From Phoronis australis (Eukaryota; Animalia; Phoronida), in the NCBI GenBank assembly GCA_002633005.1, contig NMRA01000018.1, positions 567,846-631,845 on the forward strand: 64,000 nucleotides of DNA, given 5' to 3'. Position 1 is the stretch's first letter; each line of letters begins with the position of its first letter. The translations under genes were made by a program, and so were the position numbers. Below the pieces are notes generated by a model. That model did no database searches and had not been told where the DNA came from. It saw nothing but the letters and a program-made list of their open reading frames with translations. This document shows positions 1 through 13,900 of this stretch, one piece after another.

Positions 1-1677
1 AGGGAGTGAATGAGAACTTGGATATAATGCAAAAGCGATTTCTGGGGCAAAAATAATAAAAAAACACCGGTCTCAGATCAGAAATGCCATTCAGGCTTTC
101 TAAGAACTGACAGGTTGTTATCGCTCCATTTCAGGTCCATTAAAACGCATACCATGGTATGCTAGTTTGTCACCAAGGCAATATTGGCTGTTGGGGGAAT
201 TCAGGCGATTAACTGCAGTCAATTTCAAACGTGATGACGTGGCTTTAAAAGAGGAAAAATGCCTGAGAAGAAAAGGTTTAGAACAGCAGAACATGGATTG
301 TAGTGGCTCCCAGTGTGAGATTGTAAGGAAATGGCCTCTAATCACCTGATACACAAGCAAAAAAAGTCTAGAACCACAAAAAGAAAGCACAACTTCAAAG
401 GTTCCAAGAAACAGACAGCTGGTGTGACAAAGCATTTCCCTCGATCAACTTTGTGCATAATGAACCTACCTCATCCTTTGTTGCGTAATCGACTCTCAGC
501 ATTTTGGGATTTGACGAGGGCCACCGGGAGTTATGCAGGCACTTGCGTGCCTCCTGAGCCGATTCTTCAGAGGTATACTGTAAGACATGACACAGTATCA
601 GACAAACAGTTGCACCCAGCTGAAAATATCACTAACATTACTTATTAACAATTACTGTTGACTAGACCTCTGCAAAAGAAATCTAACCTTTGATTTAGAC
701 TTACCAGTATAGAACTGGTCTTAGCTAGTACCTAACTCAAAATTAGAAGCAATTTCTTAGCTTGGGGAAGAATGGTAGTTCATTATTGGTCAAGGCCATG
801 ATCAGCGAATGAAACGACCCAATGAGTCAAACCAACATGCAGAGTCTGGTCTTGAGCAATAATGATATCTCTTCCTGGTAACATGAACCACTTCTGATCT
901 GAATAAGACAGGTTCAAAGCACCTTAAAATATCAACTCCAACTTGGCACAGGCATTCAACCAAAGAGCCATCTGTATACAATGGGTATAACATATGGCTT
1001 TCCAAGGAAACCAGTACTCCAAAGTGGAGGTCATTGCTTTGGTGAATCACAGAGCCTGTTTTATCAAGAGTCGGAAGTTTGGCTGCATGCAGGTTGTTAC
1101 AAACATGACAATGCGATAGTTAGGAGAAGATGAAATGATGCAATTGACCTCAAGTTGATAATTTTTCACGTTCAAACTTAACAACGGCCTTCACCAGCCA
1201 TGTTAAAAAAATGTGTGCAAATTTAAATACAGGTTATGACCATAGATAATCTCTAAATATTGGGAAAATACATTTTTGGCAATTATGTCTGTGGTATATA
1301 CCATGTTTTCACCAAATCTCTTTATCAGAATGATCTATAACTCTGAGTGCCACAGTTCTAAGAAAATGACCCAACAGCAAGGAGTCTACATGGCATAGAT
1401 CCCAAAGACAACAAAAGAGTTTCATTGCAAATCCAGTGATTTTGAAATTTTATTAGCACTTACCGTCCATCTGCAGGCCATTTGGTACTTCAACCCCTTT
1501 TCAACAAAACCCATTATTTTCAACAGAGTCGTATGATCTAAAATATTTTTTATTCAAATATGCCAGTCACATTTCAAAAAAAAAAATTTGTGGATTGCAT
1601 TTCGTAATGAAACTCTTCAAAATCCAGTTGTAAAAATAACCTGTGTGGCTGTATTAGAAATTAAAAGCAACACTGAC

Positions 1678-1913
1678 TGTGGCGTAACAGTGAGACTTGA
1701 TCTTGTCGATCCAGAAGTCATCCGTTATCTCTCCATACTTCTTCAGCATCTCTTTGAGTTGACCCAAGGTGAAAGGTCGCACCAGGTTTGACACATGGAT
1801 GACCTTGTTGACGGCGTGCCGAGACGGAGTGGGTGACCGACGCGCCACCTTGGGTTCATCAATGGGAATGGATGGTGTCCTGTTACTGATACGACGAGCC
1901 ACTACTGGTTCAG
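1678..1913 (-). CDS. ACIN1: ACIN1 exon 18 (RRM N-terminal half)
   Basis: RRSPTPSRH...VIHVSNLVRPFTLGQLKEMLKKYGEITDDFWIDKIKSHCYAT; donor GTCAGT; rest of RRM not found in 1-1677. Confidence 0.95.
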
Positions 1914-4900
1914 CTGAAAAGATCAAGGGTTTGTTTAAAAAGAGGTTACACGCAGCGATCACCTGCTTGGCATTATAGACGACTTGCTTTAACCCGATAA
2001 AAAGACATTTAATTCCCTTCTCTGTGCTGAATGACCACAAACAGTTGTTTTTGTCATTTAATTTTGTATCTATGCGTGACCATAAAGTTATTTCAAGATG
2101 ATGTTCCCGCACATGGATTTGTAAGCAGATACCCAACAGCTGGCCCCTTACAACTGTTCAAACAAATAACGTTTCTAAGTGGCTTTTTAGGCGATAGAAC
2201 TCAGCAGATCACAAGTGCTACATTTCGTGAATATTTATGCCAGAAATAAGAGAGATCAAGACATATCACTAAGGCATGTTACTTCAAAAGACAACAGACT
2301 CCTCGAGTAAACACCCTCCTCTTCATCATCATCATGCTAGGATACCCTATGAAAGCCACTACAAGGATATACTAATTCAGAGCAAGAGTCGGCGACTTAA
2401 AAGCGTTCGAAATATAAACCTGTGTAAAACAATGTAACAATGTACCACTAGAGGGCACACACACACAAACACACCTTGTTCAACCACTCTTGTATCCTCC
2501 TCTCCCTGCACTTTCTCACCGTCCTCGTCCCGTTTGTCTTCCACCTCATCATTTTCTGGCTTCACATCCTGCAAAAGTCACGACACGTCACGCAAAGCGT
2601 TTTGAAAACGCAGACACAACTGCAAGTTGCAATATTATGCCAAAAGTAGTGTAGCTGGATCTGGCCTCAACAGACTCATTGCGAAACCCATACCTCACTG
2701 TTTGCAGTTTCCAACCTATTTCAGCTGGTAATAGGCAGGGCGGGAAAAAAGGATAAGACACATTTCCGCTGACAAAAAGTGACGCTAGGGAAAGAAAATC
2801 CCCAAGCCATTTCAGCTAGTAACAGGTGACACTGGGAAAGAATGATATGACCCATTTCAGCAAGCACCAGGTGACCTTTCACTTAAAATCTGTATAACTC
2901 GGAAGTCGTCAGAATAGTGTTTTAAGTTATCTAGAACATCGAAGACGAATTTTCCTCCTTTACCCTCAACGCAACCAATAACCAGCATCTACAACGTTTT
3001 ATCTTTTTTCTACCACCAAATCCCAGTTACTTCCATGATCCTTTCCTGCAACCTGAATGAAAACTTGCCATTCCCCTCAGAAATCGTTTATTTGGCGAAT
3101 AGCCACAGACCTGTGAAATGGTTCGCTTAATCTTGACATTGCGTACATCTGCATCTTCAGTCTCAGAGGTTGCCTGTTCACCACTAAGATCAAGATCAGG
3201 GGTAGCCTCCGAGGTGACCGGTTTGATGTCGGGAATCAGTCCCTGTAAAATCAAGAGAACACATGAAGCTACAAACAGCAAACTTTATACTCATCTTTTT
3301 ATAATAATTCAGAACATAGTAACAGTTCAGCAGAATAATCAATCAACGTAAACACATCAATGCTTGGTTGGATGATAAACCTGTTCAGGGCTGTTCCAGT
3401 AATATATTATGGGAGGGGGGAAGACTCTTTCATTTTGTACCCACCACCCATAATTTTCTTTTAGTTCTCCAACCCACCACCCAAAATATTATAATTACCC
3501 TGAACTATACAAGAGCAATACGGAGCGTTGAAATGCGCCCATGAATGCACTGAAAACGATGTGCTTCTAGGGTGTTTATTTGTATCATAAAAATGGCCAC
3601 TAGATAGCGCAAAATATTTTAAATCCATCAAAAAACTGGAAAATGTCACCGTTTTTTAACAGAAAGCTATTTACCACATTTCACGAAAATCCTTCAAGAA
3701 ACTTTAGCAAAACGGAAAAAATGAAATTGCCACTAGGGGACAAGGGTTCATCAGATCCGTCTGAAAGTTGTCGCCTTCCATTGTCAACGTCATATAAATA
3801 CACTTGCTAAATTTAATAAACATTCTGCAGAGGGCTTAGGAGACACAGCTAAAAGCGCACAAAAACTGCCACTAGAAGGCGCCACAGTAACTGAAGCCGG
3901 AAAATCGTCAACTGTCCTCTTCACACCAACAATATATAAGCCAGTTTTCACAATCATCCTAAGAGTGATTTGGTTGACAGAGGGCGAACGGCAAAAACAG
4001 ACTAGAAAACAGTAAAAATGGCCACTAGATGGCGCAAAATATGACAAATCCATCTGCAAATCGGAAAATGTCACAATTTCTTTAAAAGAAAGCTATTTCA
4101 CAAATTTCATGAAAATTCGTCGAGGAACTTCAGAGAAACGGAGGAAAACAGAAAAAATGAAATTGCCATTAGGGGGCAGTGTTAGTGAGACCCGTCTGAA
4201 AGTCATCATCTTCCGTTGTCAACTTCATATAAACACATTTGCTTCATTTAATAAAGATCCTGTAGAGCGTTTAGGAGATACAGCCATGCTCGCAAAACAA
4301 ACAAAACTACCACTAGGAGGCGCCACAGTAGTCTAAGTCATCAGAAAATCATCGTCAACCGTCCTCTTTACAGTAAGAACATACATGCCAATTTTCGCAA
4401 TCATCCTTAGAGTGGTTTTGGTTGACAGAGGGACAGAGGCCAAAAACGGACTCGAAAACAGTAAAAATGACAACTAGATGGCGCAAAATGCCTCGAATCC
4501 ATCCGAAAATTCATGAAAATTGGTGGAGGATCTTTGAAGATACAGAGGCAAACGTAAAAAGCTTAAATTGCTACTAGGGGGCACAGCGGTATTCCGGTTG
4601 GTCTGAAACTCTTCACCCTCTGTCGTCAACCCCATAGGAACACACATGTCAAATTTTAATAAGATCCTGCAAGTGGTTTAGGAGATACCGCCGCAGACGC
4701 CATACAGAGATGATGGCAAAATGCACCCACATATAAATACGTGGGCGCATAAAACTACAACGACCCATATTTTCAAATTCTACTTCAATTATACACTGTC
4801 AGGTAATGTACATGTTAGGTTTTATTATCTTTCGATATTTTCAGTCTTCAGTGTTTCTTGAGCCGACAACAATCCAGCAGACACAACATCAGTTCCCTGC

Positions 4901-7900
4901 CAGGCAAGGAATAAAAAATTTCATTCATGCTTTTCAGTGAATAGTGATTAATTGAACAAGAATCTTTGTATGCACCCTTCGTGTCATTGCAAAAGGCGGA
5001 TGCTAGGGTTGCCCCTTATTTCAAAATTCCCACAAGAGGGGGTAATACTAATGAAATGCCCCCAGGATACACATCATGATCTGTTAAGTATTCATTCTAT
5101 ATGATTGTACAACATGTGCTTACAATCGAGTTGCCTATGACTTGAGTAATGGTTGGGTTTACATATTACAAATGGTGCACTAGCAACATGGGCTTGTCTT
5201 GTTCATGGATATATTTGGGTTATATCTTCCAGTTGAATTATTACAGGACAAAAAACATAAACCACTTTTAAAGATATACTTCTTTCAAGGACCACTCATA
5301 ATTTAAATTTTCTTCAAAAGACAACCAGACATAAATTGTTATTTCACCTACAGTCTCCCCCTCCCATACGGATTTTGCTGGAACAGCCCTCACTAGATAA
5401 GTCGGCAATAGTTGGATATAACGTGCCTGTATCTTGAGAACCAGTTTGATGCCCGTTATTCAGTGGAGAAAATTGGTACCCAAAATTCGGGCACGTTATA
5501 TCCGACCATTATCGATAAATCTGATCGTGGCAAAATACCAGAAACATTGTTAACAATGCCTGAATCATGTGGCATGGTGTGACCTAGAGTTGTTTTTCAG
5601 TGCACAACTTTTATATGTTTGGGCACAGGGCATTCTAGGTTTTCAATGCTTGGCAATCACTTAAGGTTTATCGCTAAGTCTGTACTACTACCCTAAACAA
5701 TAGAATTTAATTCAGTAAAAGTAGATATTTTCTGCAGAGCATGATTTTTGACTTTAAACTAATCTGACACTAACTGCACCATGTGACCATTTCATTTTAA
5801 TTAGTATGAAATAACCAAATTTCTTTTGACATCGGTGCACGTCAGAAGAACTCGGACAAAATGACCAGCAATTCCTCGTAATGGCGTCTTGGCGGAAGTC
5901 GAATTCATTTTAACTGTAGTTTTCCCTCATGACAGAGAACGACGAGGAATTATCAGGAAAGTTAGTATGATAAGCCCTTCTGTACTTAGAAATTAGTCGT
6001 CACGGCAACCAGTCACATTTGCTATTAGCAGAATTAGCTGTCATGATGGGGAGCTGTATTTTGTCAGATTGCTTTAGTTTTTCAAGTAATGCATATACAA
6101 AAGATGTGACAGAAAGATACAAGACCTTCAGCGAATCTGTGGAAATGTTGACTGATGGTTTCTTGTTGGTGCGTGTAGAGCCCCACTTCCTCTTACGAGC
6201 CGGCTTCTCCTGGTTCTCTTTGTTCATAGATGCTACAGTCAGACATGGAAAAATAATCACAACACACTAGCAACAACATTTCACTTTGACAGACTTACAA
6301 AGCATGACACCTGACCACACAATACAAGACTTGTGCTGCCGTCTCAGAATGTCTCTCTGTAACTAATATCTCACTGGGATGTGATGGCTTACGGTGAGTT
6401 GGGAATACAAAATATACCAAGTTAAAGAATTTCCTCATCAAATCATTCAAAATTCTTTAGGGCCGATCCAGCAAAATCTGTATGGGAGGGGGAAGGCACT
6501 TTTATTTCGTACCCACCGCCCATATTTTTCATATATTTCTCCAACCCATGACCCATAATTTTTTAATAGGTTAAAATAAAACCCAACACTTGCAAACAAA
6601 TTGCCTCCAGGATGACCTGTTAAGAACTTAGATGGTTGACAGAGAAGAACTAGTTGTCTTGTCCAATATTGTCAAAATCTAAAGTAGCCAATAGGGTGGT
6701 CGAATGAAGATGAAAATGACTTCTGTCAACGCAGCCATCCCTGCTTATATATTTTTGCACCAAATTTCCAGTTGTGTCTAGCATTTGTTGAGATAATCAA
6801 CCTGTCTTGTCAAAAACTAAAGGGGCGCCACAGTAGTTCAATCCAGCGTCCAAAACTTGACCGGTGCTGGCACATTCTTATGATGTACTACTATTTCGAC
6901 TTTCAGTTTTTGAAATAATCAACATACAAGGAATGGCTTGTCGAAAACTAAAGTGGCCAACATGGGGGTACCAAGGTTGCCAAACCCGATAGGTGCAGGT
7001 GCATCATTGCCAAGTACCTCTATACCATATTTCACTGATCCACCAAGCGGTTCTTGAGATAATTGATGGACGAGAAAGGATAATGGCAGACGGAACGACC
7101 TCAAAGTTTTTGTGAGTGCATAAAAATTCCATGTGAGATCACAACTCATATCAGTTACCAGAAACTTGCCTTTCAAAGACACCTGTGAGCAATACTTTTG
7201 GCAGCCACCAGGTGTCTCTGTAATTTCAATAAAGATTTTTTCAATTACCTGGATGTATGAATGTCAAACTGTCTCCATGAACTCTTTTATACTTCTATGT
7301 CAAGTGAATATTGGAACATGTCTATCTTACTCTTCATACTTTTTATTTAAAAATTATCAATTTTCTTATATGTGTCAACACCAAATTAGTGTTGCAGAAA
7401 TTTTCATTGTAATATGACTGCAGTTGAACATGTGCTTGTAATCAACTTGCCCGTGACTTGATTGATGGCTTAGTGTACATATTGCACTCAGTACACTTGC
7501 AACATGGGCCTGCTTTTTGTTTTGGGATATGTTAGGGTATTTTCCAAGTGATTTATTGATGAGTGTTGATTTCTTTTGACATGTGTTTGGCCGAAAATAC
7601 CAACCAGTCAACATTGACAGGTCAAAAAATACCACCCAGCATAATGCTTCACTTCTTAGGAGAACGAACACCCATAATTTGAGCTTTTTTCTGAAGACAC
7701 CACCCATGAATTTTTATTTCTGCCGTTCCCCCCCCCCATTCTCATATGGATTTTGCTGGACAGCCCTTAGCACATTGCGAACTTTTGAAGTAATCATTGC
7801 TAAACTCGGTGAGAGTCATGCAAATCTTGAAGTTTTTGACAGCTGCTTTGCACTTTCATTCTTATCATTTGCAATTAGTTTCATAGCTTGCCAAGCCCTT

Positions 7901-10900
7901 ACAATTGTTTCCACAATTTCTGCACTACCCAATTAAAACTGAAATTAAAATTTGAAAGCGTTGATTGGCAATTGACTTGAGGAGTCATAATTGTCGCACG
8001 TTCCATGTACTTGTAAATAACTGCTTGATCCAATTACCTACTAATATGGCAGTTGCCAAGGGAGCAATATAACTAGTGATTGACACTGAAAGCAACTAAT
8101 CCTGGGGAAAAGTGGGTTCACAGTGATGAATTGATCATCAGAAAATCAATAGACATTTTGTCTATACACCGGAATTACGGTAAATTACTTGTTGCACCTA
8201 CATGACAATGAAATTTTCTTTGACGAGGACACATCAGATGTCTCGGAGGCCGACTGCTCCTGAAATCAATGACAGAGGTGTTAACCTTCACAAGAATGGC
8301 AATTGTTTAATTAAGATAACACGAAGCATATGAAAAATTCTAACCCAAAGCACTGTAGCAATTTAAATTACATCTCGATTTAATGAAGCACATAATTGCC
8401 TTAATATCTAGTATTATATTTAGAATTCAACAATGCTAACCAAATATTCTGATCTGAACAAAAAGTAAGTTCTAATCATTTCTGATGCAAACACGGTATT
8501 AAGATGACGGCACCAACTTCACAGGCCAAGGACATCGGTCAACAGGTCAGCAGGTAGTGACATCTGGTAGACAGCTGGTGAAAGAAGAAGGTTAGTTGTA
8601 ACATATGATCATCTACCCTAGAGACGACCCCTGGGGGATGGGCTTGCTGTTCTATTACAGTTGGTCATGCTTGATATAATTGGTGCTGTGTCGACACGAT
8701 CGAGACAATATTGTTTCCATCTATCGCATTTTGTTTCAATACGTTCGACGAGTCTTCAGTCCACAATGTCAATCAATATTGAAACAGAAACTTTCAAAAG
8801 CCTGGTTCAGATCTATCCATGACAGGTTGCATTTTGCAATCATTCAGTCTGTCGAGGCAACTACAGAATTGCTTGGTCCATTATAACCTCCAATTCCATT
8901 TCATGGTAAAGTACTTCATCTCTCCAATGTCTTACAGATGAGCTAATGTTTTTGTTGTCCACTTTTTAAATATGACACACGCTTTCCGTCACGATCGCTA
9001 AATGCCCGAAGTTCACGATAACGTAATCCCAATTCATCAGTCACAGTGTTCAAAGCAATAACTCCAAACTGATAAGTTCAGTAGTATACGCAGAGACTTA
9101 ACTGAACACGCTTCACACTCGTAAATTTCCCTTTCAGTTCACCCACCAGTTCGACACCATATACTGTTCAGTCAATCTCACTCAGCACTAAGCAAGTATA
9201 GATTCACTGAAGTCCAAGTTCAAGTCGTTTCCAAGTTTCCCACTAACACGCCTTAACTTCCTCATGAACCATTTCAGTTCCATATTCCAACAAAGTTCGA
9301 TCCTTGAAAATTCCACAGAAACTCCCTTTCGCATCTTTGCGCAGCACATTCATACATGTTAGCATGAGCACTAAAATGCGATCTATAACATTGTCTCCAA
9401 AAATTCACAAACAAGTCATTGTAGCACACTTGAACAAGCAACAGTACAGACAGTTCAACTGCACTGACAGTTCAACTATCCAATCCTCACAATCTCAAGT
9501 CACCAACAACTTCTCCATGAACTGACTCGCAGGCATTCATAAATCATGTCACATATGTGATCACAGCTTCTATTTTCAACAGTCCAATATCCTACTATTC
9601 TGACTTTCCACAGTTCCATTTACCAATTGATTTCCAACAGGTAGACTTCAACAGTTCGGTTCTCGAGCATTTGTGACAACTGGCACAGCGTTCATAACAC
9701 TACAGTGAATCCTTGCTACAGCAATTTCCAGAAGTTCCATCTTCAACATTTTATTTCCAGTCCAATTGCCAACACTTGGGGTTTTTCAAGCAGCAATGTC
9801 AACTGACACAGTGTTTGTGTCATTACCATAGAAAGATTTGTTATTTGGGCAGGCAACGTAGGTCGATAACAGTCCATCTGAATACAGTGCCTCAGTACGA
9901 GGACTCTCCAAGTGGTGTCAACACCAGCACAAGAACACTGACCCATGAGGCGTAGGTACGAGTGCATGTGCAGACCTTATGAGGTCTCGTTTGTTTATAC
10001 TCTGGTCAAGCAGCCATTCTCGGGGGACAATGAAGGGACATTTATCGGCGGTCATCAGCCAAACCCAGCCCTGGCGCTCCGTCTGGCCCACAAGAGGTTC
10101 TTGAACATAATTAGGGTAGACATGGTGATGTTACACTGGAGGGAAGGAGACAGTACTAACAATTATCAACACCAGGAATGGTCAACACCATCCGCAAGCA
10201 CTGTTGGACATATTAGCGCTTTTGAAAGACGGATTTAGGTTTCGAGATTGCCACCTAGTACAAAAAAGAACATAAAAATGGCACTTTGGGTTGCAGGTTT
10301 TCAAATAAGGGCAGAATCCAAATTAATCAATTTTGGTGACGTTTTTAGGGAGTAGCTTATACACAATATAGGATTCTCCTTCCCTCAACAAAAAATAAAC
10401 AGTAACAAATGTTTATACCATTGGTTCCTCAGTTTCTGTACACATTCCTTCCTTAGTTGGCCCAGGCTCACTAGATTTCTTTGGGCTAAAACAAAACAAG
10501 CATTCAAATGACAATGTACAAAATACAAGGTGACTTCACCCATACATAAATCACATACCAAGTTTATAAGAAATCAACTTCAAAATCCACACAACTCGGA
10601 TAACATTAATGAATATTTTGTTTACCTAACAACCAACGAAAGGGCTCGGAGTGACACCTGGCAGAATCAAATGAAAAAGTTAGAGATGAGGTGGTCGATG
10701 AAACCAAGTACACAACGACTGTGATCCTGATGCCTATCAAACCAACACACAGTAACTGATAAACTATTACAAGAGAGGAATTAGTAAGTAAAAGAAAAAT
10801 CATCTTTAGTAATAAATTTCCAAAAACTCAAAATCGGCAAGTCGTAGCCAGAAACCAATAACACATTACACATAGCCCTCAGGGAGAACTGTCTACATAT

Positions 10901-13900
10901 TAAATTTCAGAAGGTTTCGTCTAAAAATTGCGGAGCTAGAGCTCTGGAAGGAATCATGTGAAAAACGGCCCTCATGGCACCATCTTGCATCCAAATTTAC
11001 ATTAAAACTATGTGCCTTTAGCTTTTCATGAAACATTTGATGTGTGTTCCGTTCATTTCGATCAAACACAAAATTAATGTATCCTGTAGCACAAGTATTA
11101 TACACAAAGTGATTTTTTCATCCTATAAGTATGTTGAGTAGGACAAGTCCGTAACAGTTGGCAGCCCTGGCAACCCACTCAAAAGATGCTATTCATAGAT
11201 AAAATGTCACTTCTCAGAAACACTTCACCCAATGTAGTAAATTAGTCCCAGATAGGCATGATGAAGAAATGAACAATCGAGGAACTTTAATTTATAAGGT
11301 CACAGTTCACAAAGCTTAGACCCAAGGATTCGCCTAGGAAGACCTGTCTTTTATAAGGATCATATTCAACGTCCCGTAGCCCACTAGTTTCCGATCTTAA
11401 GGGACTGAATTGGTGGCATTTTGTAGGATAAGACTTCATGTTCATACCATAATGTTAGGCTGCTGACAACGTGAACAGCTCATTTTTAAATCACATTCAA
11501 AAACATGTCACAGTATGTGTTAACAGCTGTTCCTTCCTAGTAATGTTTTCTGATGCTGGTAATTCTTAAGTTTCAACAGGAGCAATTCTAAGGTCGTGAC
11601 CTGGCAACAGGAAACAAAATGAGTGTTTTTTCAGTCATCTACTACAGTTTGCAAAACTAAAGTGGCTAGGCAGGGGGTACAAATGCACACCTTCTGGACC
11701 TGCGTCATTATTGTACTGAAGGCTATCAAATGCCAATCCACAGTATCTAGCATTAGTTACCTCTCAGCAGCCGGTGCAGTTGCCATGGCGACATCTTCGG
11801 TCTTTTCTTTCTGGTCACGGGACTCCTTGCCAGGTTCTTCCTTCTAAACAAACAGTCAACAGATAGGCGTAAGCTGACATACGAAATAAAAAAAAGCAAC
11901 ACCCGCTTACTTCACACATCAATGTGCACTGAACAAAACAAATGGAGTTTCTAGACTACTCCATGATCTAAAACTTGCATAATGACTGAACAGAAAATCA
12001 AAACATCACTTGAAAAACCTCTCTTTAGCCTCTCTGGTGGAGAATTAATAAGGAACAAGCATTAACCGTTTTCGCTGATTGGCAACACAAAATAATCTTC
12101 AGGGCCAATGAATTCTATTCTTTGAAAGCAGTACTTATTTTACAAACTTTATGAAGATTTTTTTACGGTGATCACCACAAAATCACAAACGTTTTAGTGG
12201 CAGAATACACTATTTACAATTCTTAGTAACCAGATGACAGCAATATGCATGCCCATTATTACGCATACGTGGGCGTACAGATAAGAAAGGTAACAACCAC
12301 TGCAGATTTACCTTTTGCATAACCTGAACAGTACCCCTCACTTTGTTTGGTCCTTCGTCCTCACTGTCAGAGCTCGATGACGACCGGGACCTAGAGCGAG
12401 ACCTAGACTTGGATCGGGATGCTGAGCTTGAACGCGACCTTGACCTTGAGGAACCAGAACTGGACGAGCTACAGAAAAACAAACGTAACAGTAAGCACAA
12501 CGTCACATAGATTGTTTTAAGTGTTCCAATGAAACACAGCTGCATCATCGGGCTTTTACACAGAACACTTCAAAATTACTTTTAGTCAACATTCAACTGT
12601 ATCAAAGTTGGTAAACACTTACCCCAAGATAAAACAAAATTTTGATTTCAGACACCATTATCAGTGATTTACTCAGACTAGAGGTAGGAGTGTTTAGCTA
12701 CGAAATAGCACCCTGTACAAACAATGTTGTATCGTCCAATGTGGCAAGACTTTCCATATTTAGGATGAGATGAATCCTCCGTATACCAGGACATACAAGT
12801 GTTCTCTGAGGGCTACATATGCTGGAGACCATGACCAGTGCTTGAAATACCTTGGCAGGGTCAAGTGAGATTAGCTAGACTTTATTAGAGCAATAACACA
12901 TTACCTGTTCTTCCAAAGTCCAGAAATAAATTTTTATCTAAATAAGGGAAATTTGAGGCTAATTTCATCTTGAGGCTAACTTCATCACTGGTAATCGGTC
13001 TAAACTAAAAGTTTTTGACGGACTTTGAAGGTGTGTTCGAAGAAGCTTTCAAAAACTTGTAATATACCCTACTCCCTCACCCACCAAAAAGCAACGCAGA
13101 GCATTGAAATGCCCCTACGACTGCACCAAAAATGATATGCTTCTAGGAGTGTTATAGGTTAAATAGAATCCTATTTGTCAATTCAAACGTAAACTATAGA
13201 ATTGCCATTACAAGGCACTGTCCTAGGTGAATCCGTCCAAACATAGTTGTCATCTATTGCCATGTTCACTTGACATAATTCACAAAGATCCTTCACAAGG
13301 TTTAGAAGATATAACTGCCGATGCAAACAAATTGCCACTAGGGGAGCCACAGTAGTCTGACCTGTCGAAAAATGAACATTTATTGTTCTGTTGTCACTAG
13401 GAAAAAATTACCAATTACCTTGATCTGTTGTCAGAGCAGTCTTGTGAATAGAGATGTTGAAGCCAAATAAATGCGAAAAAATGGCCTCAAGGTGGCGATG
13501 ATTACGTTTAACAGGTGTCACTAGATGGCGCAAAACACACAGAATACATCCAAAAATGGGAACATACCATCGTTTCTTTAACAGAAAGCAATTTACCAAA
13601 TTTCATAAAAACTGTCAGGAACTTCAGAGAAACAAAGGAAAACGGGAAAAGATGAAATTTCCACTCGGGGCACAGCGTTCGCCGGATCCGTCTGAAAGTC
13701 GTCGTCGTCTGTTAAGTTCATATAACTACACTCACTTTATTAGATCCTGCAGTGGGTTTAGGAGATGCAACTATGGGCAAACTGCCACTAGGGACTCCAG
13801 AGTAATCGAAGTCGTCATCGTCAACTGCCCTCTTAACACTACGAACATAAACGCCAATTTTCAAAATAATCCTTAGAATGTTTTTTTTTTGACGTCTACC

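Noticed and set aside
1464-1496. 33-nt in-frame exon candidate after the RRM exon (strong GTAAGT donor)
   Set aside because: Weak acceptor, and the peptide GLKYQMACRWT does not match the conserved second half of the Acinus RRM.
2694-2715. Short stop-containing exon candidate (VGNCKQ*)
   Set aside because: No polypyrimidine tract, and the neighbouring exons already join in phase.
3597-4585. CRISPR-like array (regularly spaced conserved motif)
   Set aside because: Eukaryotic intron; spacers are ~130 bp and homologous to each other with a three-unit period; no cas genes.
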